A stretch of DNA of 64,000 nt from Eledone cirrhosa (taxonomy: Eukaryota), in the NCBI GenBank assembly GCA_964016885.1, contig OZ024740.1, forward strand, positions 310,124,001 through 310,188,000, given 5' to 3'. Of this stretch, positions 13,381-26,017 are shown one piece after another (position 1 is the first letter of the stretch; every line of letters begins with the position of its first letter). A program made the position numbers and the translations under genes. The notes below the pieces were generated by a model. The model was not told the DNA's origin. It ran no database searches and saw nothing but the letters and a program-made list of their open reading frames with translations.

Positions 13381-14414
13381 CTTCATTTATGTTGCTGGCA
13401 TGTGGATTAGTTTTACTTCCATAAGCCTGCTTTGTAAGACACTGAAAGCATTTAATACTAACTTTCTTCTCTCTCGCTATGTACGTAACTTATTCTCTTC
13501 ACACTCTCTCATAATTATCTATTTGATTACTATAAAATATGAAGAACGGATTCGTTCATATATTTCTAGATTTTATCTCTGCATAAATATGTCACATGTT
13601 AATGATTTTTTTAAAATATTTTTCCAGACTACATCACATATTACTCAGATATATATAAGCAGAAATTAGCATAGTAAAATTCAGAGCGAAGATATAGTTA
13701 GTATGCAGTCCAACGATGCAATAAAATGTCTAGTATTTAGAAATTGCGGCAATAGTAACACATATATGAATGTAACTTCAGTAATTTTATTGTAATATGC
13801 ATATGTATTATACTTATTATGTTGTCAGTAGATAATATTGCATTACCCCTGCTAAAGCGAATCTGGTATTCTATGATTGATTGAAAGTATGTCATAATGT
13901 TATCGATCCACAATGTGTGATGACGTCAATGGTTGTAACTAAACCATCTAGATTCATATTTTTATAAAAAATAATGTTTGCTAAGATAAATATTCAAATA
14001 TCTACATTGCATTCTAGCTTATAGTACTGACCGTATCTTGAAATCAGTAAAATCAGTTTAAATACTAATATGTCTATGGACACAAGGCCCCATAACCGGA
14101 ATATATGAACACATTCCAATTGTTTGAAATTCAACAAGTTTATTAAGGATGTAGTTAAAAGGATTGATAAGAATCTGATTTAATTTGAAGGAATATGAAA
14201 GGAATATTAATATAGCGACTACAATCAATATAATCTACGATAATAGCTCGATTGCATCATGCCCCGCAAATATAGTTTAGCTAACACAAGTCTACTCTTG
14301 CTTGCAATTATATCTCATTCTATTCTGTGACATATAATTACATCATGGAACTAGATATTGCACAGAGATAGTTACTTTATTATTACTATTATTATTATTG
14401 TTTTTATTTTCTTT

Positions 14415-17400
14415 CATTATTGTTTCTGTGATATATGCCGAGTGTCTTCCTGACACTTAGGGCAAATAAATTCACAGTGTGCATTGGTAAGCCAGTTAAT
14501 ACAGTACATTGACTATAATTTTAAAAAACAACAAAAAAATAGTATTCATATATACACATATGCATATGCATATGTTAATACAAGGAGGGATATATCAATC
14601 TTACAGAGATAGTGCTCTTCTCAATACGTGTGCAGTACCAGTCAAAACAATTTTTTGCACCTCGTGCAGAGGGGTAAACCAGGAATCATTCGCAAATATT
14701 GTTCTGTTCCTTTCTTGATCATTCCCAGTCCTCCCACAATCACTGGTATTGTAACGGCCTTGAGGTGCCACATTTTCTCAATTTTAATAAGCAGATCTTT
14801 ATATTTTCGTAGCTTGTCAAATTCTTTTGTCGCAATATTGTGATCAAATGGGATGCTCATATCTATCAATAAACAGACCTTGCTATGTTGCTCTTTTACA
14901 ATGATGTCAGGTCTATTTGCTTTTATGGTCCTGTCAGTATGTACAGGAAAGTCACAGAGAAGTGTTACTTTTTCTCCTTCAGTTACAGCCTCAGGGTGAT
15001 GATTGTACCACTTGTCTTAAGCTTTGCTTTTGTAATGCCGACATATTACCCAGTGTAGATATTGGCTAACTCTGTCATGTCTATATTTGTATTCTACTGG
15101 TACTAAAACTTTACATCCAGAGGCCCTGTGATCTACTGTTTCAACCTCAGCATTGCATAATCGGCCCTTTGGGTTTATTCCGTTTCTCATCACAGAGGCC
15201 TGGTAATTACGAGTCAATAAGCTTTGATCTTGGGCAGCTAAGATGAAGCCTTCACTCTCCGCCTTTAGCCCTGAACTACGTAGCCACTGATGGGTGTGCT
15301 TTTGGTCAACATCAGCTTGTTTGCTACGGGCCACATATTTGCCATGCAGAGGTTTCTGCTCCCAATTTGATGTTAATTGTCCTTGCCCTTTTGCTTTTGC
15401 CAGTGATTTTATGTCCCTAGCAGCATCAGTTGCAACAGTTTCTTTAGTTTGTCCAGCCTGGGTATCAAGCATGAAATCAGTAGCATATTCTTTGCTCTCC
15501 TTCAAGATAGAATAAAGCTTGTTACTTCTCTCATGCTTTTCAACAAGTTTCAGCATACAGTCGTTAGTTGTTTCAAGGTATTTGGCCAGTCCAATGATGG
15601 TGGTCTTGTAAGCAAGTTAAAATTGGATCAGGCCACGGCCTCCTTGAGTTCTTGGAAGGTAAAGACGATCCACATATGCTTTTGGGTGGTGCATCCTATT
15701 ACAGGTCAGTAGCTTACTGACTTTGGTGTCGATTCTTTTGATTTCACTCATATTCCAGTTAAACTTGGACTGCCAAGGAATTTATAGCTAGCACCGTGTT
15801 ACGTGCGTTTAGTTCTGATCTCAGAACTGCACGTACTCTCTTGTAACATAATTTCCTTATCCTCTCGTTCATACTTGCATGCTGTATGCCAGAGCCCTCA
15901 TTAATTCCTAAGTATTTATAGGTTTGTTCCTGCTCAAGTTCCTTTATGATTGTTTCAGCATCTAATTCAACTGAGTCTGAGTTGACAAGCTTCTTGAAAG
16001 TGGCTTTTGCACATTTGTCAAGTCCAAACTCCGTCCTGATGTCATCGCTAAACGTGTTTACAATTCGTCATTATCTTTGCAATATGGCTTCAACTCATCC
16101 ATATAAAATAGGTGGCTTATTTTTTTGTTGTCAATTCTATAACCGTACCCTGTTCTATTAAGTTCGTATGTAAGCTATGCAGAAAAGCAAGGGTGAAAGT
16201 GAGTCACTCTGGAATATACTACAGTTGATGTTTATATTCCTAGAGCACAGTGCCCCAGTGGAGATTTGTGTTCTATAATGACATATTGTGTTTCAGGAAG
16301 TTTGACATCACAGGTGAGATTTTTAAGATGTCCAGTGATCTCAGAATCCATGAGTGTTGTATGCTGTCAAATACTTTTTTGTAATCGATCCATGCAGAAC
16401 TGATATTTATGTGTATATTATGTCAGTTCTCAAGGATCATACTATTAATCAAAAGTTGATCTTTGCAACCATATGAATCTCGTAGGCACCCTTTTTGTTC
16501 AATGGGGAAAAGATTGTTCTCCAAAAACACATGCTTTTTTCCATAAGAATAGAGGTTAATAGTTTATAAGTGGTGGACAAGGTGGTTATGGGCCGATAGT
16601 TTTTTGGATCTTTGGTTTCGTTGTTCTTTGGTAGAAGGTAGGTAATGCCACTTGCTATCCAATCGGGTGTATTTTTTGGATCTTTCATAATTCCATTAAA
16701 CAGCTTGACCAATATATTGTGAGTGCACGGGAGTGAGGGAAGTCAGAAATTTGGCACCCTGTCTCTACCAGGAGATTTCCATTCATGAGATTTATTGAGT
16801 GCTGTCCTTAAGTCCGCTATAGAGATGTCTTCCCACGCCTGTTCTTCTAAATTTGTGTAGGATTTTTCCAGGCGACTAATCCAATCTACAATAGCATTAT
16901 AATGTCTTCTCATCACTCCAAATCTTACTCCAGAAGTTTTCAACTTCTTCTATCGGCGGGGGGGGGGGGGGGGGGGGGGTCTTCAATAATTATCTTTTTC
17001 GTTCCTACTTCTCTATAAAATGACTTGGCATTGAATGAGAACAACCTATTTTTCCTGTAGAATTTGTTTCGCTTCTTGAATCTACGAATTCGTTGGGCTT
17101 TTACTTCGACTTTTTGTTTCAGAGATTCTTTTGTTGAAAATATTGCTTCTCTAGAAGACAGTCCATATTTTCTCTTTAGCTTTCTTACCTTCTTGGATCT
17201 TATATCATTTCCAGTGGTTAACTCACTCAATAAAGATATTTCTCCTCTCATTACGTCAATCTCCTTTTCGATTCTACTCCTCCAAATTGGTTTACCTCGA
17301 AGGTTCGACTTTTTTGTTTTTTGGGTGGTAAACAACTCTTTTCAATTACTCGAGCAGATGCATAAATGATTTCATTTACCTCAGTAAGATCAGGTTCTAC

Positions 17401-18305
17401 TTCTTCTATGATTTCTTTTGTCACAGAATTACCAATCATTATTTGTTTTCTATTTTGGATTGTATTTGGGAGTTTTTGAACTGTTCTCTCTCTTTTATAC
17501 TAGAATGTCTTACCACTGCAAGCTCATTGAATATTTTTTGCTTTAATTCCTTCAGTCTCCCTGTGTTCTTCAGCAGATATTTGGTTTTCAATTACTGTTT
17601 GTAAGTCCTTCTCCTGGCTATTTTCAGTGGGTTCAATAGGGCTTCTCATTTCTACAAACCTATTTGTGATTTGGTCAGATGGAGGTCTTTCAGTAACGAC
17701 TTGTGAGTGGTTACTATCTCCAGGAGATTCTTCAGTTCTGTCATCATTTATATTTATGTCATTCTCCACAGCCTGCTTGATCGCAGTTAGTTCAGTGTCT
17801 GTGAGTCTATTTTTTTCTGAAGATATACCTCCTTACATTTGCCAATTTATTTCCATCCACGTATGCTAGCTTGATTCCGAGTTTTCCAGATGTTGTAGGA
17901 GTTTAAAGTGTGTCTGTCTTGTGATGGCTTACCTAATGTATAGTAATAAGCATATATTACTTCTTTATACTCTTCTCGGGTCCATTTCATCCTTTTAGGT
18001 TTTTCTTTTTGAGGTGGTTTGGGTGGTGGATCTGGAGGGCTCGAGTTGGGGCAATCCCCGATCAAGTGACCATCCAGGTCCATAATTGAAGAAGAGTGTG
18101 TGCCAGAGGAGGACTTTTTGATCTGAGGTTGACACCTTCCTGAGGGACGCGCTTCCTGATTAACCACAGGAAAAGCGATTTGGTATTGTGTATTAATTTT
18201 TATTTGTTCATCTCGCACTACATGCTTGCGTTACGCATGGTATTGGACGTACATGGAAAGTTGCCCGGCTCTTTGGGTAGTGCATTTGCTGGCTGGCACT
18301 GAGAT
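14415..18305 (-). mobile_element. Near full-length degraded R4/Dong-like LINE (subfamily B)
   Basis: RMKWTREEY..YY N-terminus; KSPGRD, NYRPITTL, KPLHGKY, WLRSSGLKAESEGFILAAQDQSL, RHD, RPDII, IPVIVGGLG. Many stops and frameshifts; (AAT)n-like at both ends. Confidence 0.9.
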
Positions 18306-19663
18306 ATTATTACTATTATAACAGTATAGTTATGGTCATTGCTGTTGTTGATTGAGGTGATATTGTTATGGTTGCAGCTGTAAGAAGTGTACGAGAATTT
18401 TCTCAACTGTTCTTGTGGTGTGAGTGGTGTTGGTGGTGGTGGCAGGGAGATTAATGATGGGGGTGGGGGTGCTGGGAGTGATAGTGGGTAGGGTGACATT
18501 GTAGCTTATAGGAGTTGCTTCTCCGATGTTATTTTCTGTCTATTTTGAGTTTGAGGTGTAAATGGGGTGCTAGTATTCTTTTTTTCTTCCCCTTTGTTTT
18601 GTCCTTTATGTGGACATAAATATACATTCACACGTGCATACTTATACACACGTATGTATATACGCATATATATATATATATACCCACACATTAGACACTG
18701 AGAAGTGAGGTAGGTAGCAGTCAGTGACAGTAGTCTAAAAATAGATTGGGGATTTACTGGTGTGAATGTGTGAGGAGGTGGTTGTGAATGTTGTGGTGGG
18801 AGAGAGAAGTGATCTTTCAACTGTCCATTTTCCTTTCAAAATCTGAAATTTAGCCACAATCGACCAAAATGTAAAAAAGAGAAAATTGTATTGGGGAAAT
18901 ATTTTAAAATATATATGCACCTTTCACATCTTCAGCCACAGAGATGATTGCATAATAATTAGTCGGATTTTTGATTAAACAGAACTTATCCCCCGAAATA
19001 AACAGTGTGTTTTCCGATCTATGTCTGTTTCTTTTCTTCAAAAAATGATATGTAAACAGCGATTGTAATGGGTAAATATATAAAAATATTTATGCAGTTC
19101 TCACAACTAGTGTCAGATTATTTGTAGAGATAAGTGGTGAAATAATTTGTCCAATTTTCGTGTTAGGGAATACCAAATTAGACAAAACTTACTCCTCGAA
19201 ATAAGCAACGTGCGTCGTCCGATCTACGACTGTTTCTCTTCTTCAAATTCTTTAAGTTCAAAGAGCGAACGTCTGTATATCTGCATGGTTTTGGGGTACA
19301 TTTTTCGTTGTGTAATGTATGTGTAATATAATCAATAGAGTTTGTTACTTACATATATCGTTTTTCTTTTTGTTTTGATTTAAAATTCTGAGTAGTGGTG
19401 CGGCTGATATTCAGTTTCTTTATTTACACACGTGGTCCGTTATTTTAATGAAGAAAATTATGTTATAAGGACGATCCGTGTACAACATTTATTTTTTGTA
19501 GGCTTCTTTGGTATTCGTCCATTATGTTTCCACTTCGTTTTCTTAGTGTTTTTATTATTGTTTTATCGATGGTGTTCGATTTATTTCAAATCTTGTGGGG
19601 AGCTTCGTTATGGGCGTCCATGATGTTATTCAGCCCGCTCCTATTGTTATTATTATTATTATT

Positions 19664-20031
19664 ACATTTGCTAAAAGGTGGGTGAAAGTGGCGAGAATGG
19701 CTCGTGTGAATGGGCCTACTCTGACCATGCGCCTATAGGCTGGCTAACTTGAGGAGAGGGGTGCTCTCCCTGGGTGCCCTAGAAGCGCAGGGTGGTTAAG
19801 GATTGGTGGGGTACCCGAATCACCCCAGGGTCGGCCACCCCCTATGGGGGAATTTATTTTGTTATATTTATGCATAGTTTATTTTATATTTTTATATTTT
19901 CATTGTTAAATTAGTCTTGCCATTGTGCACTTTTACTCGACCTTATTGTAAACCCCACTGTCCCTGTCTTTGTATTGTCCCCTACATGTCGGCCCTTGTG
20001 GCTAATAAATGAAATAATTATTATTATTATT
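19664..20031 (+). mobile_element. 5'-truncated 3' end of the Tx1-like LINE, inserted in (ATT)n
   Basis: Close match to 25240-25604 including AATAAATGAAA + (ATT)n tail; (ATT)n also immediately upstream. Confidence 0.9.
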
Positions 20032-20252
20032 AGGATGCACATATATGAAGACGTACAAATCTGCGGGGGGAAAAGATTCGTCACTTTAAGCTGTTTTAAA
20101 GTATTCTTTTTTGTATTTTCTTGTCGTTAACGAAGCATAAGGTTTCACCTTGGTTCCAAGGAAGGGAGATCTCTCAATATTCGGCCTTTAAGCCCTAATA
20201 TTCAGATTTATTTTTAAAAATTTCGAAAAAATCGCTTCCCCACCCCAAAAAT

Positions 20253-21950
20253 ATGGAAATGTTCGATCTTGAAACGGTAAACAACGTTCAGGCCAAAAGT
20301 CAAAAACAGCCACTGTAGATCTCACCACAACTACTACTACTACAGACATGAATATGAAGGCAAAACACAAACGTTACCATCACAACCGCTCCCTTCTGTG
20401 ATATTAGCACTATCATCTCAAAACGACATCACCACCACCACCACCACCACAACAACAACTCAGAACAACAACGACAGTAACACCAACAGCCTCAATGTAA
20501 ACACGGATGGTGATGGCAACAGCAACAACAAACAAAACAATAACAACAACACAAACAAGAGCAAGAACGACAACACCAACAACACCAACAACAAGAGCAA
20601 CAGAGGCACCACCTTTGTAGCGGCAGCAGCGAAAACAAAGCGCTTATTGAATGTTAATATTAACGATAAAGACGAACAGTTGGCCCAGGCGTGGAGGTTA
20701 ATTAAACGAGACATGCACTCATCCTATATGGGAAAAAGGACAGTAAAGGTCTGCATTCCAAGAATCCCACCAGGAATGAACATATGGTGGCTCCTGGGAT
20801 GCGTAATCGAGGAGGGGACAGACACTACCCACCTGTATATGAAAAGGACAGAGAGAGAAGACTGGTCCGGAATGGATTTAGAGATTTCTTTCCAAATGAA
20901 ACTAGAGGACAACAACAACATACCGGATTTTGCCCGCCTGCAGGACGGGACAACAATCCAATTAATCGCTGAGGGAAGCAGGCCGCACCGTTTCGTCTGC
21001 GGGGAAGCAACGCATCTGCTAGCCTTCTGCCCTCAGCTCAAAAATGCAGGGGGTTGCAAACCTCCTTTGTTGCCAACACCAGTTGGGAAAGTTGCACCAC
21101 CACCACCAAAAAACAACATCAACAATGACACGGGTAACCACACCAACATCAAAAACAGTCGGACCACCACCAACACCGAAACCGACCCAAGGAGAAAACT
21201 CGGAAAGCTCTCCCACTCCGCCTACCCCTCCAATTATACACATAGACAAAACAAAATGCACACACAGACACAGATACACTCACAGCCACAGACCCTCGTT
21301 TTCCAGCAGTGAAGATAAAGGAAAACCCAAAAGTGCCAAAAAACAAAAGAGAAATCTCACAAAAGAAAACCCCAACAAAACACAAAAACATACACAACAA
21401 AAAATAAAGACACTACTAACGCAAACACTTCCCCAATAACATCAACACCAACATCAACAACACCACTCCCACCATTCCCGAAACATAAACAACCTAAACA
21501 AACACAATAAGAAATAAACACACAGACACCTGAAATTGCAGACACCACACCTACAACAAACACAGGCATACCCGAAACAACACCACAAAAACCATCAGCA
21601 CAGTCACCAAAGCGAAAACAAATAAAACCACACCAACAAAACATTAAAAACTTCGTGCTTGTCAGAAGGGCCAACGATAAATTGGTGGCCTTCTTAGCAC
21701 GAAGCGAGGACATCCAAACAGAGGGGGAGATTTTTGAACTGAACAGATCTGCTTCTGGTGCGAATGTCGCTCAATTCCTACAAAGAAATTCGAGAGAGCT
21801 TTCCTCAAGACATGGGAACCCCGAACGTGAAACCCACATCAAGATATTTAAAGAAACCCCACCAACCATGGAGGTCGAACCATCCGACCTTCACAAGACC
21901 CCGGGAGGTAAGTCAACCTTCCCTCTCTCTCTTAGCTTGCCAACATGGCC
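20253..21950 (+). pseudogene. LINE ORF1 (Asn/Thr-rich, zinc-knuckle remnant), disrupted
   Basis: ORF 20398..21312 contains RFVCGEATHLLAFC; homologous to the ORF1 at 1-1217. Confidence 0.7.
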
Positions 21951-24900
21951 ATATTAAGAGTAGGAAGTTTAAATGTTCGCGGCCTGGGGTCACCCTGGAA
22001 GCAGGGTCGCCTGCTAAACGACCGCATGTCTCTGGAAATGGATGTGATTGCCGTCAGCGAGACCAGGATTTACGACACGCGTACACTAGCCCCTATTTTC
22101 GACGACTATCAGATCTTAGCATGTGAGCAGGCCGGGAATGTTAGGTGGGGTGGCAGTGCTGTTTAGGAAAGGTCTGGATCTCGAGGTAAGGTCGATCTTT
22201 CGGGACCCGCACGGTAAGTTGGTGGTCCTGGATGTGAGCAGTAGCAAAGGTGGTGCCTTTAGACTACTGGCTGTCTACGCCCCTACTGGGGCATGACGAC
22301 CGGACTTCTTTAGGAGCCTGGAAACCTTTCTGGTACGTCTCGCCCTCTACTGTTAGCGGGGGACCGGAACGGCATCTTAGACGCACGCTGGAATTGTGTG
22401 GGAGTAGCTGATATGAGCGGGGGTTGCAAAAGCCTCAAACACCTAATCAGCTAGTTCCAACTGTCTAACAGGTATCGACTAGATTTCCCCAATGCGCCAG
22501 TGTGGACCTGGACCAACCGCATAGGGTCATCTAGATCGTATATAGACAGGATCTTTATTAGGAAAATAGATAGAAATAGTGTAGGCTGCCCAATTTTTAA
22601 AACGGTCGCCTATTCAGATAACAAATTTGTGATCTGTTTAGTCGACCTAGATAACACGCGTAGGTTGGGACTGGGTTACTGGAAGCTGAACATCTCATTT
22701 GCGGCACGTAAGGCTTACAGTGACCGTGTCAACAATTTAATTAAGCAAAAGTTGACAGGGAGGATCAGCAACAAGAGATAGTGGGGGGCTCTCAAAAGAG
22801 AGATTAGAGTAACTTCGATAGAGTTCAGCAAAGAACTAGCGTTAGATAAAATTAGAAAGGAAGGGGAGCTGGTAGATAAGTTAGACGAGGCTATTTTTAG
22901 TGGCATTGCAACTGACGTGCTAGCGGCGAGAATGGCATTAGACCATTTCTTCAATGCGAAACACGAAGGTTGCGTTGTCAGAGCAAAGGATCGTGCGCTG
23001 AGAAACGAGCGAACCAAAGCTGTTCGATGGGCCCGCGTGGCAAAGGCGCAGCGTGGTAATAAAACCACAATTCGGTCTTTGGCGGACCGAGACGGACACG
23101 AGATAAGCGATTCCAAGCGGATGTGTGTGGCCTTTCGCCAGCACTTTGCTCGGTTGTTTCGGGGAGATTGACGAGTCAGATAGAGTAGCGGATTTCTGTT
23201 CCTACCTTGACGGCCGCGCATCTCGACGGTCGACGCTGAGCACTGCGAAATGCTGATTACTTCAGCCGAAATTCAGGACGCCCTTGTCGGTTGCATGAGC
23301 CGCAAGTCACACGGTTTGGATGGCCTGCCCTATGAACTTTACGTAAATATGCCAGACTTGTTCTCCGATCTCCTCGAAGCACTCTACTGCAACTGACAGC
23401 AGAATGGGAGTAAACCCGGTTCTGTGAGCAGGGGAATGGTGACGCTGATAAGGAAAGACGAGAGCAAGATGGATAGATTAGATAACTTCAGGCCCATAAC
23501 TCTGCTCAACACAGAGTTTAATATTTTGGCCAAGGTTTTAGCAAAGAGATTGGCACTTGTCGTCGAGGATTTGGTTGGGGAGGCGAAAACTTGTGCAATC
23601 CCAGCCAGGTCCATACACGACAATCTCCAAATCATGCGATACATCATAGATAGGGTAGGGTCTAAACCTGGCTTCGGTGGGGCACTTATCAATTTAGATC
23701 AATCGAAAGCATTCGATAGGGTCGACCATCGGTATCTGGAGTTTGTCCTCAAAGCAGCTGGCTTCGGCCCAGTCATCAGAAGCTGGATAGCTGCAATGCA
23801 CAGCGGCACACGCTCGGTATTCAAGGTTAATGGCCACCTCTCGGAACCATTTCGGCTCTCACGATCGTCAAGGGTGCCCTCTCTCTTCCCTTCTGTATTG
23901 ATTCTCGAGCCTTTACTGTGGTGGCTGGAGCTGTTGTAGGGCATCCCACTCGAATGGGGACGTGGAAAGGCGGTGCCGGTTTATGCGGACGACATCACCG
24001 TGATGGTGTCGGACACCTTAAAAATCGAGGTGGTCGGCACCTTATTGAAGGAATATGAATGGTAGACAGAAGCCAAACTTAACCCGGAAAAGTCGGTAGG
24101 CTTGCAGCCCGAAACCTGGAGAGGCAAGCCTATGCCATCCAACATCCGTCGTGGGGCGCTGGACGGACGGACCGGTAAAGTTGCTCGGGGTTTGGTTCAG
24201 ACCAGACCTCCAGATCGAAAAGAATTGGGACGAGGTAACGAGCATAGTAGCCAGTCTCTCCCAAGCATGGGCTGGGAGGAAGCTATCAGTGAAAAGTCGC
24301 GCGGAGGTGGTGAATGCTTACATCGCGTCTGTCATCTACTACCTCCTGACCGTCGTGCCTTGCTCCCGTGCGTCCCTTGTCAAGTTGGAACGGCTTCTCT
24401 TCAAATTCTTGTGGAAAAGACAAGTTCCGTTGGTGAAGCGGTCCATCTGCTGCCAGCACCCTCTACGCGGAGGACTGGGTATGCCGTGGCTAATGATGCG
24501 CAGACATGCGCTGAGGCTGCGACATCTCCAGATATTCTGCCTAATCGGTGAACAGGTGTGGTTGTCGTTTATCAGACGGGCCTTTCTGCAGATCGTTTCT
24601 TTGACTGAGGTGCAGTCCTGGGTCAAGAAGAGACCGAGACTGGGTGACTGGCACCTGGAATGATGCCAGGCACTCACTGCTCTCTACCAAGCGGGTAATG
24701 CGATCAGTGGAACTTCCACTCTCGAGTTCTATAGAGGTTTAGTGGTGGGCAAGTGCGAAGAAGTCGAACTGACCAGTCTGTACCGGAGGACTTTGAGCCG
24801 AGGACGATGGACAATTTCCAGAAATCCCTCGCTTGGCAGTGCTACCGGGGGCACTGCCGGTTCGGGATAAACTCTACAGACACGGAAGTGCTGTAAGACG

Positions 24901-25314
24901 GACCTGCCCAAGATGCACACAGAGCGACGAAACCGTTCTGCACGCACTTGTCCAATGTGGACTTGACTTGTGGAGTTATGTCTAACAGCTGCTGTCGCGT
25001 GTGGACGGATCCGGCTATCGGCCGAGTCCATAGTGAAGATCGACCCGCCGCCTTCCTTAGGTCAGGAAGAGCAGGCAATTTTCCTCTGTCTGGTGGCCGT
25101 TGCGAAAGAGGTTATATGGTGGACCAGATTAAAAGGACTGAAGACATAAACTTTTCTCTTCGGCCAATCCCTCATCAACTTCTTCAAGTTTCACCTGGAA
25201 AGGAAGGTGAGGGTGGAGAGAGAAGTGCTGCCCCCCAGGACATTTGCTAAAAGATGGATGAATGTGGCGAGAATGGCCAGTGTGAATGGACCTACTCTGA
25301 ATATGCGCTTATAG
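21945..25314 (+). pseudogene. LINE ORF2 (AP endonuclease + reverse transcriptase), fragmented
   Basis: ORF pieces 21945, 22500, 22917, 23424 and 24151 occur in canonical domain order. Confidence 0.9.
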
Positions 25315-25608
25315 GCTAGCTAACTTGAGGCGAGGGGTGCTCTCTCTGGGTGCCCTAGAAGCGCAGGGTGGTTCAGGATAGGTGCGGTACCTTGTCACCT
25401 TTGGGTCGTCCACCCCTTATAGTGGAATTTATTTTGTTATATTTATGCATAGTTTATTTTATATTTTTATATCTTTATTGTTAAATTAGTATTGCCATTG
25501 TGCACATTTACGCGACCATATTGTAAACCCCCACCGTCCCTGCCTTTGTATTTTCCCCTACATGTCGGCCCTTGGTGCTAATAAATGAAATCATTATTAT
25601 TATTAGTA

Positions 25609-26003
25609 GGGCGGTGGATTGGCAGTATCGGTAGAGGGTCTGACGCTATGCTTTGCAGCAAAGAGTTACGCCCCTTTATGGTTTGAGTTCAAATCCCGCC
25701 GAGGTTAACTTTGCCTTTCATCCTTACGGGGTCGATAAAATAAAGTACCAGTAATGCACTGGATAATTGCTGGCCTTGTGCCAAAAGTAGAAACAATTAT
25801 TATTATTAGTAGTAGGGCGGTGTATTGGCAGTATCGGTAGAGGGTCGGACGCCATACTTTCCAGCATAGTTACGTCCCTTTACAATCTGAGTTCAAATCC
25901 CGCCGAGGTTGACTTTGCCTTTCATCCTTACGGGGTCGATAAAATAAAGTACCAGTAATGCACTGGGTAATTGCTGGCATTGTGCCTAAAGTAGAAACAA
26001 TTA
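25609..26003 (+). mobile_element. Two tandem full-length tRNA-derived SINEs (25609-25800, 25815-26003)
   Basis: A-box TGGCAGTATCGG, B-box GAGTTCAAATCC, core GCCTTTCATCCTTACGGGGTCGATAAAATAAAGTACCAG (resembles, from memory, the Meta-type SINE central domain), (ATT)n tails. Confidence 0.92.
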
Positions 26004-26017
26004 TTATTATTATTATT

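Larger units (their letters stand above)
20040..25604 (+). mobile_element. Near full-length Tx1/L1-like LINE (ORF1 + APE-RT ORF2), inactivated
   Basis: ORF1 with degenerate zinc knuckle; APE motifs SLNVRGL, SETR, WTW..SRSYIDRIF, SD; RT motifs NFRPITLLN, NLDQSKAFDRVDH, YADD (~23982), GGLGMP; AATAAA + (ATT)n tail. 5' boundary approximate. Confidence 0.92.

Noticed and set aside
18210-18305. HDV-like ribozyme at the Dong 5' end (GCACTAC/GTAGTGC pairing)
   Set aside because: P3/L3 and J4/2 consensus could not be found.
25609-25700. tRNA gene
   Set aside because: A/B boxes belong to the SINE head; no full cloverleaf or T-run terminator.
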